Below are positions 8,073 through 17,895 of a stretch of DNA of 40,411 nucleotides, piece by piece. Each line of letters opens with the position of its first letter. Position 1 is the first letter of the stretch. The DNA comes from a virus. Lineage: Duplodnaviria > Caudoviricetes. The notes under the pieces were generated by a model that saw only the letters and a list, made by a program, of their open reading frames with translations, did not search any database and was not told the DNA's origin. Location of the stretch: the IMG/VR virus record IMGVR_UViG_3300045947_000123, positions 1 to 40,411 of that record; one strand, given 5' to 3'. A program made the translations under genes and the position numbers.

Positions 8073-8412
8073 CGGGGTGCTGATCGTGAATCCCGCCGAC
8101 CGCATCACGCACGTCTACCGACGGCCCACGTTGATCGGCGCATCCTCGCGGGATCTGCGCGGCCAGCTGCTCGTGGACAGCTTCCCCCGGGAACTCGTGG
8201 CGGGCTGGCATCAAACGATGGAGGACGCCGTCGCGTTGGGCGCGTCGCTGCCGATGAACTACGCGCTGTGGATTGACAGGTATGCCGCTTACGTCGTCCG
8301 CACGGCGTTGGTGGTGCCGTCCCCGGAGCCCCGGGCCCATGTGGCGCTGCTCATCTGGCATCGCGGACTGCGCGGCATCGGGAACGGGGAATGGGCCGAG
8401 CCGACCGTCTGA
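7915..8412 (+). CDS. PAS-domain-like protein
   Basis: LLADGVLIVNPADRITHVY..LIGASSRDLRGQLLVDSFP matches the PAS consensus (DGv.v.d.dgrI..vN....lG....el.G..l.d..p); AGGAG upstream. Confidence 0.65.
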   Translation: MCADDADGPARMPSEFIRRGHPWPYLIAAWQAVEDVLREPAPARPARLALLADGVLIVNPADRITHVYRRPTLIGASSRDLRGQLLVDSFPRELVAGWHQTMEDAVALGASLPMNYALWIDRYAAYVVRTALVVPSPEPRAHVALLIWHRGLRGIGNGEWAEPTV

Positions 8413-8436
8413 CTCCCAACGAAGGAGGCCTCCCAC

Positions 8437-8802
8437 ATGCGGCAAGCGATCATTCTGGAAGCGGCGGACCTCAAGCTGTTATTGAAGGGGCTGCCCATCC
8501 GCCTGCATCTGAGTGACGGACAAGTCGTGGATCTCGCCGCCGAGCGGTCATCGGCCCACAACGGCACGAGCCCGAGCCGCCCCCCGTCCAGCAAAGTGCC
8601 GTGTCCCTACTGCCAGAAGCTCGTCGCGGGACTGGGCTCGCACATTCGCGGGATGCATCCCGGCAAGGGACTCGTGGCGACCGGCGGCGTGAAGTGCCGC
8701 TTCTGTACGAAGCGGTACCCCACGCCGCACTCGGCGGCACGGCATGCGGTGATGAGCCACTCGACCCAGTCGAAGGCGAAGCCGGAGAAGGCGAAGCCGT
8801 GA
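8437..8802 (+). CDS. Protein with two C2H2 zinc fingers
   Basis: CPYC..LGSHIRGMH and CRFC..AARHAVMSH; AAGGAGG RBS. Confidence 0.75.
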   Translation: MRQAIILEAADLKLLLKGLPIRLHLSDGQVVDLAAERSSAHNGTSPSRPPSSKVPCPYCQKLVAGLGSHIRGMHPGKGLVATGGVKCRFCTKRYPTPHSAARHAVMSHSTQSKAKPEKAKP

Positions 8803-9005
8803 AGCGGTGTGAGGCCTGCGGACGCTCCTACTACCGGCGCAACCTGACCGAACTGTGGGTCCGCCAGAATCCCGGCCATCGCGCGGGGTGGGTCAAGCGG
8901 CTCGTGCGCATCTGCACCACCTGTCAGAACGCGCAGCAGGCCAGTCGCATCCTGAAGATGGTCCGCGTCACGGTGACCGTCCGGCAGATCCACAAGAGTG
9001 CGTGA
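8799..9005 (+). CDS. Small Zn-ribbon protein (68 aa)
   Basis: CEACG...CTTC; GTGA coupling. Confidence 0.6.
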   Translation: MKRCEACGRSYYRRNLTELWVRQNPGHRAGWVKRLVRICTTCQNAQQASRILKMVRVTVTVRQIHKSA

Positions 9006-9063
9006 CCGGACCCTGTCGCGCAGTGTGCTTCCGTGCCGTGCCTCTAACTGGAAAGGACGCAAG

Positions 9064-9414
9064 ATGCCGCAGCAGCATCGTCTGCCATGGCGAGTGACCG
9101 CGACGGCGGCTGTCCTGACAGCGCTCCTCCTGGGGATCGTGGCCCCGGTGTGGGCGCAGGGCAGCGTCTGGGTGAACCCGTACACGCGAAGCGACGGTTC
9201 GTACGTCCAAGGCCACTACCGTTCCGCGCCGGACGGGAACCGCTCCAATAACTGGTCGTCGTATCCGAACGTCAACCCGTACACGGGACGGCAGGGGACG
9301 CGCGATCCGTACAGTTCCGGCTCCGGGTCCGACTCCTCGTACGGGCAGAGCCTCTACGGCTCGTCCGGCTCGTCGTCCCGGCCACGCTGCACGTCGTCGT
9401 ACTTCGGCTGTTAA
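9064..9414 (+). CDS. Secreted small protein with signal peptide
   Basis: Signal peptide ending VWA; VNPYTRSDGSYVQGHYRSAPDG..NVNPYTG motif; Ser-rich tail. Confidence 0.75.
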   Translation: MPQQHRLPWRVTATAAVLTALLLGIVAPVWAQGSVWVNPYTRSDGSYVQGHYRSAPDGNRSNNWSSYPNVNPYTGRQGTRDPYSSGSGSDSSYGQSLYGSSGSSSRPRCTSSYFGC

Positions 9415-9471
9415 CGGAGCCGCCAGGAACACCGGGGCGGCGGGCTCCCGCCGCCCCCGCGTTCCCAACGC

Positions 9472-9720
9472 ATGACACGCCTGCGTAGCCCTTGGGCCTC
9501 GGTCACGGTCGGGCTGTTCATGGCCGTGATCAATCTCGTCATCGCGGGCTGGCAGTACCAGCGGGGCGCACACTGGATGTATCCGCTCGTCGGCGTGATC
9601 TCGGCGGCGGTCGTCACCTACACCACGATAGGATTGCTCCTGGCCTGGCGCGATTTCCAGCGTGCCCACCGCCAGTATCTGGACGCCGTGCTCCGGGAAG
9701 CCGAACGGCATCGGAACTGA
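9472..9720 (+). CDS. Two-TM membrane protein
   Basis: Two hydrophobic helices, 82 aa. Confidence 0.65.
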   Translation: MTRLRSPWASVTVGLFMAVINLVIAGWQYQRGAHWMYPLVGVISAAVVTYTTIGLLLAWRDFQRAHRQYLDAVLREAERHRN

Positions 9721-9827
9721 AAGGACGGACAACGGTGGACGAGTTCGTCGTGGTGGTGAACGTGGGGTTTTTGCTTGGCGTGGCGGTCCTCCTCATCGTC
9801 TTCTTCAGAAGCCGCCGCCCCTAGATC

Positions 9828-10022
9828 CTATCCGAACGGCAGCGGCACCCCCGCCAGCCGCAGCAACGCCATCACCACGATGAGAGCGAAGATCAACCCG
9901 ATGATCTGGAGGATCAGCCCTCCGACGGATGGGGCGAAGTGCGTGACCACGAGCTTCGCCACATACCACAGGATCACCAGGACGAGGACAAGCGCCAGGA
10001 TCTGAATCAGTCCGGCGATCAT
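9828..10022 (-). CDS. Two-TM membrane protein (holin candidate)
   Basis: MIAGLIQILALVLVLVILWY...; last gene of the late operon; GGGAGG RBS. Confidence 0.6.
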   Translation of the reverse strand: MIAGLIQILALVLVLVILWYVAKLVVTHFAPSVGGLILQIIGLIFALIVVMALLRLAGVPLPFG

Positions 10023-10297
10023 GGTCCCTCCCCCCGCCGCTCGTTGGGTGGCGGCGGCATCAGCAGTCGGCATTCCAGCCACGTCGCGTGACGGTACGGG
10101 GGGCCGCTCACCACGCGCACCTGATCACACAGCAGCGAGCCCCCGCCACGCAGCGGATAGACCACGTCTCGGGCCACGGATTCGACATCGGGACAGTTCG
10201 TGCCGACCCGCACGCGATGCTCGATGTCGAGCCCACGAGTCGCCCCGCAGCCCGCCACGATGAACAGCAAGGCAATCAGGGATTGCCGTCTGGACAT
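10019..10297 (-). CDS. Putative lipoprotein
   Basis: Lipobox VAGC after a hydrophobic signal. Confidence 0.6.
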   Translation of the reverse strand: MSRRQSLIALLFIVAGCGATRGLDIEHRVRVGTNCPDVESVARDVVYPLRGGGSLLCDQVRVVSGPPYRHATWLECRLLMPPPPNERRGEGP

Positions 10298-10494
10298 CCG
10301 CCCGGGATCACCTGGAACTGCCCCGACTCACCGTAGTAAACCCGATTGCCCCGGTCGCAGAACGTGAAGACCCCGCCCGCGTCCCCGCCCCCGTGATAGA
10401 TGAGCCGTGTCCCGGGCGTGAGCTTCACGGGGTGTTCCTTGCTGCACCCGACCAGCAACGCGGCGAGGACGCCCACTATGCCGAGCGCCCTCAC
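10276..10494 (-). CDS. Putative lipoprotein
   Basis: VRALGIVGVLAALLVGC lipobox; GTGA coupling. Confidence 0.6.
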   Translation of the reverse strand: MRALGIVGVLAALLVGCSKEHPVKLTPGTRLIYHGGGDAGGVFTFCDRGNRVYYGESGQFQVIPGGCPDGNP

Positions 10495-10676
10495 GGGGCG
10501 GTCTCCGAGAACGGCCCCACCGGGCAGTTCGTGTTCACGAAGCTGGGCAGCGTCAGGGCACTCTGCGGGGCTTCGTTGAAGCAGTGGATCTCCTGCTCCG
10601 CCGCTTCGCGGGTCGTGCATCCCTGGCAGGCCGCTGCCACCAGGATCAGACTGACGAATCCGACGACGTATCGCAT
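10491..10676 (-). CDS. Putative lipoprotein
   Basis: MRYVVGFVSLILVAAAC; AAGGAGG RBS. Confidence 0.65.
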   Translation of the reverse strand: MRYVVGFVSLILVAAACQGCTTREAAEQEIHCFNEAPQSALTLPSFVNTNCPVGPFSETAP

Positions 10677-10725
10677 AGACCCTCCTTTTTACGGACTTGG
10701 CTGAAGAGCGGCGGCGAGCGTTCCG

Positions 10726-12627
10726 CTATGGCCTCCTCAACACCAACAACCACGAAAAGCCGAACCCAAAGACCGACGAGTTGCTCGCGTTCGCCGTGTT
10801 TTGCGCCCATTGGACTGTGATCGCGCCCGCCGTGCCGCCGGGAAGGTAGAGTCCCGAAAACATCAGTTCGTCAACGCCGCCGCTCCCCACCAAATCTATA
10901 GATGCCCCGGCTCCGATCTGGGCGGTGCGCGTCCACACATCACTGGCGTTCCACCGCCCATTCATGGGCGTCCACAGCAGGGTGCCACCCGCCGGGCACG
11001 TCAACGCCATCTTGATATCCGGGGTCGTGTTGCTCTGGTAGCAGAATTTGCCGAGGAAGTGGACCGGCTCCGCCGCGCCAACCGAGAAGAACAATTCATC
11101 GTCGTTCTGGAGGACGGATGAATTGTTGACGATCTCGGTCGTGCCCTTGGTGATTAGCGCGATGCTCGTAAGCCCGGAGCCGAGATTACCCCAGGCCGCA
11201 TGCCCGCCGACGGACTTGAGGAACTGCCCCGCCAAGCCGAGCGCGAGCCGCTCCGGGGCGGACGCGCCGCGCCGCAGGAGATCCCCCTGTGTCGTGAGGA
11301 TCGTCGCGAGCCGGTCCGCCATAGACCGCCAGGCCGGAGTCCCCGCGAGCACAGTCAGGAGGTCGTCGGCCGAGCCGACCGGGAGCCGCCCGACGGCGTC
11401 GGCGGCAGTCCCGACGAGCAGATCCCCCGCTGCGTCGATGATCGACAGCGGCACAGCAGGCGCTGGCGGAGGGGGCAGCGCCGCCCACCGGACGCCACCC
11501 GTCTGCGTGGAGTCCGCCGTGAGCACCTGCCCGTCCGTCCCGACCGCTTGGCGGATCACCGTGTCGGCGGCAGACGCGACGATCAGATCCCCCTTCGCGT
11601 CCACGATGGTCGCCGGGATGCCGGACCCGGCGGGCGACGGACTCCACGCCGCCTTGCCGGAGACGACGCTGAGGTACTGCCCCTCCGTGCCGATGGGGAG
11701 CCGTTCCTCCGCGCCCGCGACACTGCCCTGGATCAGATCCCCTTCGGTCGTGACCGGCGACAGCGACGGCGCGTCCTGCCACGCCGCCTTGCCGGAGGCG
11801 GCGACACCGAGCAGCTGGCCGGTCGTGCCGATGCCCAGCCGCTCGTCCGTGCCGGCGTCGCTGCCTTGGATCAGATCCCCCTTGGTCGTGATCGGCGGGG
11901 TCTGCCACGCCGCTTCGCCCGCGACCACGGCGAGGAACTGTCGCTGCGCCCCAATCGGCAACCGCTCTTCACTCCCCGCGTCACTGCCCTGGATGAGGTC
12001 ACCCTTCGCGACCACGGGCGACGGCGTCGGGGTCTGCCACGCCGCCTTGCCGCCCGCGACGGTGAGCACCTGGCCGGTCGTGCCCACGGGCAACCGTTCC
12101 GGTTCGCCGGCCACATCGCCTTGCAGCAGATCCCCCTGCGCGATGATCGGCACCACCCACGGGTCCACCGCTACCACGCTGCCGGTGTCATCGATGGCGA
12201 TGACCTTGCCCTGGTTCGCCGGATCGTCAGGGTCAGGAAACTCGATCCCGCCCGGCGTCCCCGGCGCGACCGCGAGGGCGCGGTCCAGGCGCTCGTCCAG
12301 ATCCTGAATCGCCAGGTACGCCTTATCGAAGATGCCCTCGACGGATTCCGCCGGGAGCCGGTCGCCTTCGATGAGGTTCACCTGCTGCGTCTGATCGGTG
12401 GACCGCAAGAAGAGGATCTCGACGCCGGTCGCGGGGGCCACGCCGAATGTGACGTTGCCCCCCGCGCCGGAGCCCACCCCGGAGATCGAGTACCCGCTGA
12501 CCTGAAGGACACCGTCGAGGTAGATGTCGAGATCGGCGGCGGCGGCGATCAGGAAGGTGTACGGGTAGACGGTGGCGGCACCGTTCCCGACGTACTCGAT
12601 CTGGTTGTGAGTCGTGGTGACGGTCAT
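10726..12627 (-). CDS. Tail fibre protein (633 aa)
   Basis: T7 gp17-like N-terminal adaptor ([22 protein letters not shown]); seven GDL..RL..G..GQ.L....W repeats; true start MTVTTT at 12627, so the ORF-track extension to 14415 is spurious. Confidence 0.85.
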   Translation of the reverse strand: MTVTTTHNQIEYVGNGAATVYPYTFLIAAAADLDIYLDGVLQVSGYSISGVGSGAGGNVTFGVAPATGVEILFLRSTDQTQQVNLIEGDRLPAESVEGIFDKAYLAIQDLDERLDRALAVAPGTPGGIEFPDPDDPANQGKVIAIDDTGSVVAVDPWVVPIIAQGDLLQGDVAGEPERLPVGTTGQVLTVAGGKAAWQTPTPSPVVAKGDLIQGSDAGSEERLPIGAQRQFLAVVAGEAAWQTPPITTKGDLIQGSDAGTDERLGIGTTGQLLGVAASGKAAWQDAPSLSPVTTEGDLIQGSVAGAEERLPIGTEGQYLSVVSGKAAWSPSPAGSGIPATIVDAKGDLIVASAADTVIRQAVGTDGQVLTADSTQTGGVRWAALPPPPAPAVPLSIIDAAGDLLVGTAADAVGRLPVGSADDLLTVLAGTPAWRSMADRLATILTTQGDLLRRGASAPERLALGLAGQFLKSVGGHAAWGNLGSGLTSIALITKGTTEIVNNSSVLQNDDELFFSVGAAEPVHFLGKFCYQSNTTPDIKMALTCPAGGTLLWTPMNGRWNASDVWTRTAQIGAGASIDLVGSGGVDELMFSGLYLPGGTAGAITVQWAQNTANASNSSVFGFGFSWLLVLRRP

Positions 12628-15600
12628 CGTGTCAAGCTCCGCAGCAGCATCGAGTCGGGACGGTCCTCCCGTCGGTCCTCGTCCCGCTTGCGGAACCGCG
12701 CGTCGCGCGCCGCATCGATGGACCGCTGGATGTCGGGATTCTTGTCCTTGATCTCGACGAGCGCCGCCTGGGTGTACTGCCGGATCTTCAACTCGATCTC
12801 CCACGCTTGCCGCTCTGGGCTGTAGCGCGTCTTGTAGTCGTCGGTGTTGATTAGCCCCGACAGCGACTGCTTCAGGGTTTGCCCGTCGAGCTTCATCGTG
12901 CCGCGCCGGACCGCCCACTGGTCCCGCTCCTCCGGCGTCAGCGCAATCCGCTCCTCCACTGTGTCCGGCAACCCCGGCACGTTCGCGCCGGACGCGACGA
13001 TCTCCTTCAGCACCGGGTCGTCCCGCAGGGGGCTGACCCCGATGGGCCCGTACACCCCGGTCATGTACAGCTTGTTTCCCCAGAGATCCCGGCGGGGCGG
13101 CACGCCGTCGGACAGCAGCGGGATCTGCGCGCGGATCCGCTCCATGATGGTCCCGGCCTCCGCGAGCGTCGGGTCCATCACGGCTTCCGTCTGGCGGAGC
13201 ATGCCGGAGTAGGGGACGAGCGACATCAGGAAGCTCGATGCCCGCACGTCCCCGCCCCGCTCCGGGTCCGCGATGAACGCCATCGTTTCCGCAAGCCCTT
13301 TCACGAACGTGCGGCTGGAGAGGTTCTTCGCGATGGCCCCGACGATACCTGTCGCGCCGTCCATGAACATGTCGCCCCGCGAGTCGCCTTCCGCATTGGC
13401 GACCGCGTCCGTCCAGTCGGCCGCGAGGCCGAGCAGCATGCCGATGGGCTCCGTGCGGTTGTACGAGACGTACTGGCCCCCGATCTTCAGGGAGTACGGT
13501 CGCCACCCCTGCGATTCCAGTACCCGCCGCATCTCCGGGTCGGTGGGCCCGGCCCCGGTGATGAGGCCTTCGTACGCCATCAGGCCCGCGACCCCCATCG
13601 TGAGACTGCCCATCGCGACCTTCGCCGCCGCGAGATCCCGCTTCGCCAGATCGTTCCCCATGAGATCGTTCCGCAGGGACTTCTTGAAGAGGCCGAGCGG
13701 CGTGCGATCCGTTGCGTACTTCGTGATGTTGAGCGGGGTCCGCACGAACGGCATCACGATCTTGCCGCCCACCGTCTGGGTGAGCGCCTGGATGCGCTGC
13801 CCCGTCTCCCCAAGCTCGTTGGTGAACGTCTGGTAGAGCGCGAAGTCGTCCGCCGCCTTCTTGATGGAGAGCGGCGGATCCGTCATCAGCTGCGTCATGC
13901 GTCGGGTCACGGCGTCCGCGTAGGCCTTGCCCTGCAGCCCGCGCCCCGCGACCTCCTGCGTGGCATGTCGGAGGGCTTGCGCGCGAAGCTCCGCCCGGTA
14001 GTTGATGACCTTGAAGAAGTCGTCCGTCCCGACGAGGACGCGCGACGGGAACCGCACGAGGTTCCCCAGCCAGTCCACGGCTTTCCCGGCGGGCCCGGTC
14101 AGGTCGAACGATTCCGCACTGAGGGCCCGCTGGTGGGGCAACTCCATCTTGCCCGTGGCGGCGCGGCGTCCCTCCGCCATCTCGTCCGCGAGCGTCACGA
14201 ACTGGGACTCGCCTTCCTTGAAGCCTTTCCACGCGAGCCGCCACGCATCGCCCACCGAGCCGAGGACGCCGTGCAGCATGGCCCAGGCCTCCCCCTGCAC
14301 CACGCCGGGATCCCCCCCCTTCATCTCGCGGAACGCCCCCATCCACTCCGCCAGCTGCCGCTCTGGGATCGCCCAGAGCGTGGTCGCGGTGTTGCCGACC
14401 ATGTTCGCCATCCACGTCTTGGGGCCCGACAGGAGGCCGTTGACGTAGACCTCCTTGAACACGCCCCAGGCTCCCGGCTTGCTCATCTGCCGGGCGACGA
14501 TCGCCAGCTGATCGGGATCCTTGAAGTCAGCAATGGCGCGGGCCACCATCTGGGGATCCACCCCGCTGGTCTGGTCCCGCAGCAAGAGTTCGAACTGCTG
14601 GAGGAACTGCGTCATGCCCGACGTGGGATCGTTCATCGCGGACAGCGTGCGGCCCGCTTCCGTCTGGATGCCGATTCGCTGCGGGTCCACCTGCCCGTGG
14701 AGGTACAGCTGCTGCATCATGGCCCGCACGTCGTCGGGATCCCCGGTCTGGAGGGCTCGCTGCGCGAGCGCTTTCAGCTGGATGCCGGAGTTCGCGAGCG
14801 TCTTCACCACCGCCACGGCGTGCGCGTCCTCCAACGTCGTGCCCGGCGCGATGGCCCGTACGGTGTCCATCGACACATGCCCCTGATCGATGAGCGCTTG
14901 CGCTTCGGCCTGCACTTCCGGGTGAGTGCGGGGCCCACCCCGGCGCGCCGTGATCACGGCGTCCGCGTATTGCTGCGCGAGCGTCTGCGGGGTGTGTGGC
15001 CGGACCGCCGGGGCACTGGCGAGGGGGCCCTCCGTCGTCCGAACCGCCGTGGACGCGACTTCGGGCGAGAGCTTGCCCCGGAGCATGTCGGTCGCCTTCA
15101 TCATCAGCTTGACGGTCGCGGGTGACACGAGCGCTCCGAGGCCCGCCCCGATCATCGCGTTGCGGATCTTCTCGTCCGCCGTCTCGCCCTGCACACCGCC
15201 GACCGCCGCGCCCAGCGAGGCCTGCGCCAGCATGAACATCAGGGCGGCGTTCTGGCTACCCTCCTGGCTGTCCTTGAACGCACTGAGATCCATCCCCGAG
15301 TGTTCGAAGACCTCGCGGAGCGTGGTCTTGAACGGCTGGGAGCCCAGCATCGCCGTCTTTTCGGCGAGCGCCCGTTCCTCCCGCGTCAGACTGCGTGGCG
15401 ACTTCGCCGCCTTCCTCGCCGCCTTCGCGATCTCGTCCTCGACCTTCTTCGCGACCCAGAGCGCAGCCTGCACGTCGGAAGGTTGCACGTTGTTCCGGCG
15501 GGCAAACTTGCGGATGATCTCGGCGGTCGCGCGGTACTGCGCGGGCGTGAACGCCCCGATGAGTCCCATCTTCTGCTGCCCGGTGGCGGGATCCATTTCT

Positions 15601-17894
15601 GGGATCCGGTTCCCCGCTGCGTCGAGCACGAACTCCCACTCTTCGGTGTCGGGGTTGAGTTCCTGCTTCCAGACCGGGGCCTTGTGTTCCGGGTAGAAGA
15701 TTTTCTTCATCCACGAGTCGAGCACGATGCACGTCGGATCGCCCAGCAGGGCACACTTGAAGTTCTGGATCTTCAGGGCGTCCTTGCCGCCGATCTGTTC
15801 CCCACGCAGGGCGCGCAGCACGTTCTCCCGCTGCGACTTCATCATCCCGATGGTGCGCTCCGGATGGCCCTTGCGCGGCCCGATGGCGCGCTCGACGCCG
15901 GCATAGCCGTCCCGCTCGTACACCTCCCAGACTTGCCGGAACGTCTCCAGGTTGCTGTTCTCGATAAACTTCCCCGTCTCCGAGAACGCGGCGGCGGGCC
16001 GGAGTGGCGAGAGCGCGGCGATGACCCCAGCGGCGGCGTCGGCATCGGGCACGGGGATCGTCTCGCCGGCAGCGTTCACGAAGGGTCGGGTGCCGGGGTA
16101 GAGTGTGCGGAGCGTATCCCCGAACTGGTGATACCAGAGCGCGCCCCCCTTCCGCACGCCGAGCTTGAAGAGCCGGGCCATGCTGCGGGTGTCCGGCGGC
16201 TCCTTCGGGCCGCGCGCGCCGCCGATCTCGTTCTGCAGCACCTGGGAGAGCGTTGTCGCCACCTCGACTTCGAACGGGCTGACAACCTGCTCCGGGTGGA
16301 ACGCGACCCAGACGCGATGCGGCTCTGTCCCCGAGAGCTTCCCGCCGATGTGTGTGATGCCGTCGTAGCCCGCCGCCTGCAGGATCTGCGTGATCGTGCG
16401 CTTGTCGAGATTGAGCGCCCCACGTTGGAATTCGCGATACAGCTCCTCGCCCGTGAATCCATCGGCGCGATAGAAGCTCCCGATCCATGCGCCGGTCGAG
16501 GCCTCTCCGGTGACTTGCGTTGCCACGTCCGCGAGTCGCCGGATCTCCTCTTGGGAGAATGTGGCCTCCATGTCGAATGGACGCTTGATATCGAGGTACG
16601 CCGGCCGGACGTTGGGCGCGATCTCCGGCGTGCGCGACACGCTCTCGGCGTACTGGCTCGCGACCGTCGGGCTTTCGGTGAAGTAGAAGCCTGGGCCAAC
16701 CAAGGACTCCGTGCTCGCCTTCCCAATGTCGAACTGCTCGAACGCAGCTGGGGTGCCGTGATACACCCGCGTCGGTCGCCCACCCTGCGCGACAGCGGTG
16801 TCGCGCAGGCCGGCCACGTCCGCGACGCGGAGGTGTCGGCCCATGCCCGCGACCTCGCGGACCAGCTGCTTGACCTCTCGGGTTGCGCCCGTGAGGTTGC
16901 CGACGATCCCCATCTTCCCGGCGAGGGTGCCGGGCGGCAGGCCCATCTCCATGCCCGCCACGAGTTCCGGCACCATCCGGGTGTTCGCCACGAAGGCCTG
17001 GATGTCCTCTTCGGGGAAGCCCGCCGCGCGCAGGCCGATCGTGATCGGCGCGAAGACGAGGTTGGCGATGTCGCCCACTCCGGTCGCGGGGACGTTGATG
17101 GCATTCAGGGCCAGGTCCGTGAAGACCGCGAGGTTGCGCGCCGTGCGGTAGACCGGGTTGCGGTCCTTGTCCGGCACGCCGGCATACATCGCGTCCACGA
17201 TGGCGACGGCGGGCTCGATGGGTCGGACGCCTTGCAGGCCGATGCCGGACAGGAACTGCGAGACGGTGGCGGCGGTGGATGGGGCCGGAGCCGTCGGAGC
17301 GGCCGACGGCGGCTCCCCCTTGCGGATCCCGAGGAAGGCTTCCGCGACGCCGTCCCCCTCCGGCGGCATGACCACGGTGGCCTGATCTTCCGGCTGGGCC
17401 GGGGGCGGCGCGGCCTCCTGCGCGCGCGCGGTCCGCTGCGCCTGCGTCTCCCGCTGCGCCTGGAGTAGGGGACTCTCGAAGTCGTACACCCGCTGCCGCT
17501 GGAGCGAGACGTAGTCGTCCGGCTCGATGGTGCCGCGCCGGAAGGCGTCATCCAGCTGCGTCCAGAAGTCGGGCGGGGCCGCTTCCAGGTCGTCCCGAAT
17601 GGCGAACGGCGGTTGCGCGTCGGGGCCCCAGCCGACGACGCCGGACGCGCGCCCGCCCCCGACGAACCCCGGCTCCGGCGCGAGGATCCCCGTCGCCGCC
17701 TGTGCCGCGAGAAACTCCTCCTCCGCCATCGGCGCGAAGTCCCCGCGCATCGTCATCCGACTGGATCGCCGCTGCGCGGACGCGACGGCGTCATCGAGCG
17801 AGAGGAACGGTCCCTCCAGGTCTGCGCCCGTCACGCCGCTGACGTTGAAATACTCGCCGTCGCGCTCGATGGTTTCGGATCGCTCGTGCGCCAT
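12624..17894 (-). CDS. Large internal virion/ejection polyvalent protein (~1756 aa) with an ADP-ribosyltransferase-like domain
   Basis: Position before the tail fibre (gp16 slot); VYHGT..GPGFYFT..YL.IKRP..AGYDGI ART-like motifs; large helical C-terminal region. Confidence 0.8.
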   Translation of the reverse strand: MAHERSETIERDGEYFNVSGVTGADLEGPFLSLDDAVASAQRRSSRMTMRGDFAPMAEEEFLAAQAATGILAPEPGFVGGGRASGVVGWGPDAQPPFAIRDDLEAAPPDFWTQLDDAFRRGTIEPDDYVSLQRQRVYDFESPLLQAQRETQAQRTARAQEAAPPPAQPEDQATVVMPPEGDGVAEAFLGIRKGEPPSAAPTAPAPSTAATVSQFLSGIGLQGVRPIEPAVAIVDAMYAGVPDKDRNPVYRTARNLAVFTDLALNAINVPATGVGDIANLVFAPITIGLRAAGFPEEDIQAFVANTRMVPELVAGMEMGLPPGTLAGKMGIVGNLTGATREVKQLVREVAGMGRHLRVADVAGLRDTAVAQGGRPTRVYHGTPAAFEQFDIGKASTESLVGPGFYFTESPTVASQYAESVSRTPEIAPNVRPAYLDIKRPFDMEATFSQEEIRRLADVATQVTGEASTGAWIGSFYRADGFTGEELYREFQRGALNLDKRTITQILQAAGYDGITHIGGKLSGTEPHRVWVAFHPEQVVSPFEVEVATTLSQVLQNEIGGARGPKEPPDTRSMARLFKLGVRKGGALWYHQFGDTLRTLYPGTRPFVNAAGETIPVPDADAAAGVIAALSPLRPAAAFSETGKFIENSNLETFRQVWEVYERDGYAGVERAIGPRKGHPERTIGMMKSQRENVLRALRGEQIGGKDALKIQNFKCALLGDPTCIVLDSWMKKIFYPEHKAPVWKQELNPDTEEWEFVLDAAGNRIPEMDPATGQQKMGLIGAFTPAQYRATAEIIRKFARRNNVQPSDVQAALWVAKKVEDEIAKAARKAAKSPRSLTREERALAEKTAMLGSQPFKTTLREVFEHSGMDLSAFKDSQEGSQNAALMFMLAQASLGAAVGGVQGETADEKIRNAMIGAGLGALVSPATVKLMMKATDMLRGKLSPEVASTAVRTTEGPLASAPAVRPHTPQTLAQQYADAVITARRGGPRTHPEVQAEAQALIDQGHVSMDTVRAIAPGTTLEDAHAVAVVKTLANSGIQLKALAQRALQTGDPDDVRAMMQQLYLHGQVDPQRIGIQTEAGRTLSAMNDPTSGMTQFLQQFELLLRDQTSGVDPQMVARAIADFKDPDQLAIVARQMSKPGAWGVFKEVYVNGLLSGPKTWMANMVGNTATTLWAIPERQLAEWMGAFREMKGGDPGVVQGEAWAMLHGVLGSVGDAWRLAWKGFKEGESQFVTLADEMAEGRRAATGKMELPHQRALSAESFDLTGPAGKAVDWLGNLVRFPSRVLVGTDDFFKVINYRAELRAQALRHATQEVAGRGLQGKAYADAVTRRMTQLMTDPPLSIKKAADDFALYQTFTNELGETGQRIQALTQTVGGKIVMPFVRTPLNITKYATDRTPLGLFKKSLRNDLMGNDLAKRDLAAAKVAMGSLTMGVAGLMAYEGLITGAGPTDPEMRRVLESQGWRPYSLKIGGQYVSYNRTEPIGMLLGLAADWTDAVANAEGDSRGDMFMDGATGIVGAIAKNLSSRTFVKGLAETMAFIADPERGGDVRASSFLMSLVPYSGMLRQTEAVMDPTLAEAGTIMERIRAQIPLLSDGVPPRRDLWGNKLYMTGVYGPIGVSPLRDDPVLKEIVASGANVPGLPDTVEERIALTPEERDQWAVRRGTMKLDGQTLKQSLSGLINTDDYKTRYSPERQAWEIELKIRQYTQAALVEIKDKNPDIQRSIDAARDARFRKRDEDRREDRPDSMLLRSLTR

Positions 17895-17895
17895 C

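Noticed and set aside
10726-11200. Diversity-generating retroelement target in the tail fibre (BPP-1-like virion genes)
   Set aside because: No reverse transcriptase and no TR/VR repeat pair seen
12628-14415. N-terminal 600 aa of the 1229-aa ORF
   Set aside because: Out-of-frame overlap with the large virion protein; the tail fibre starts at 12627 with ATGA coupling
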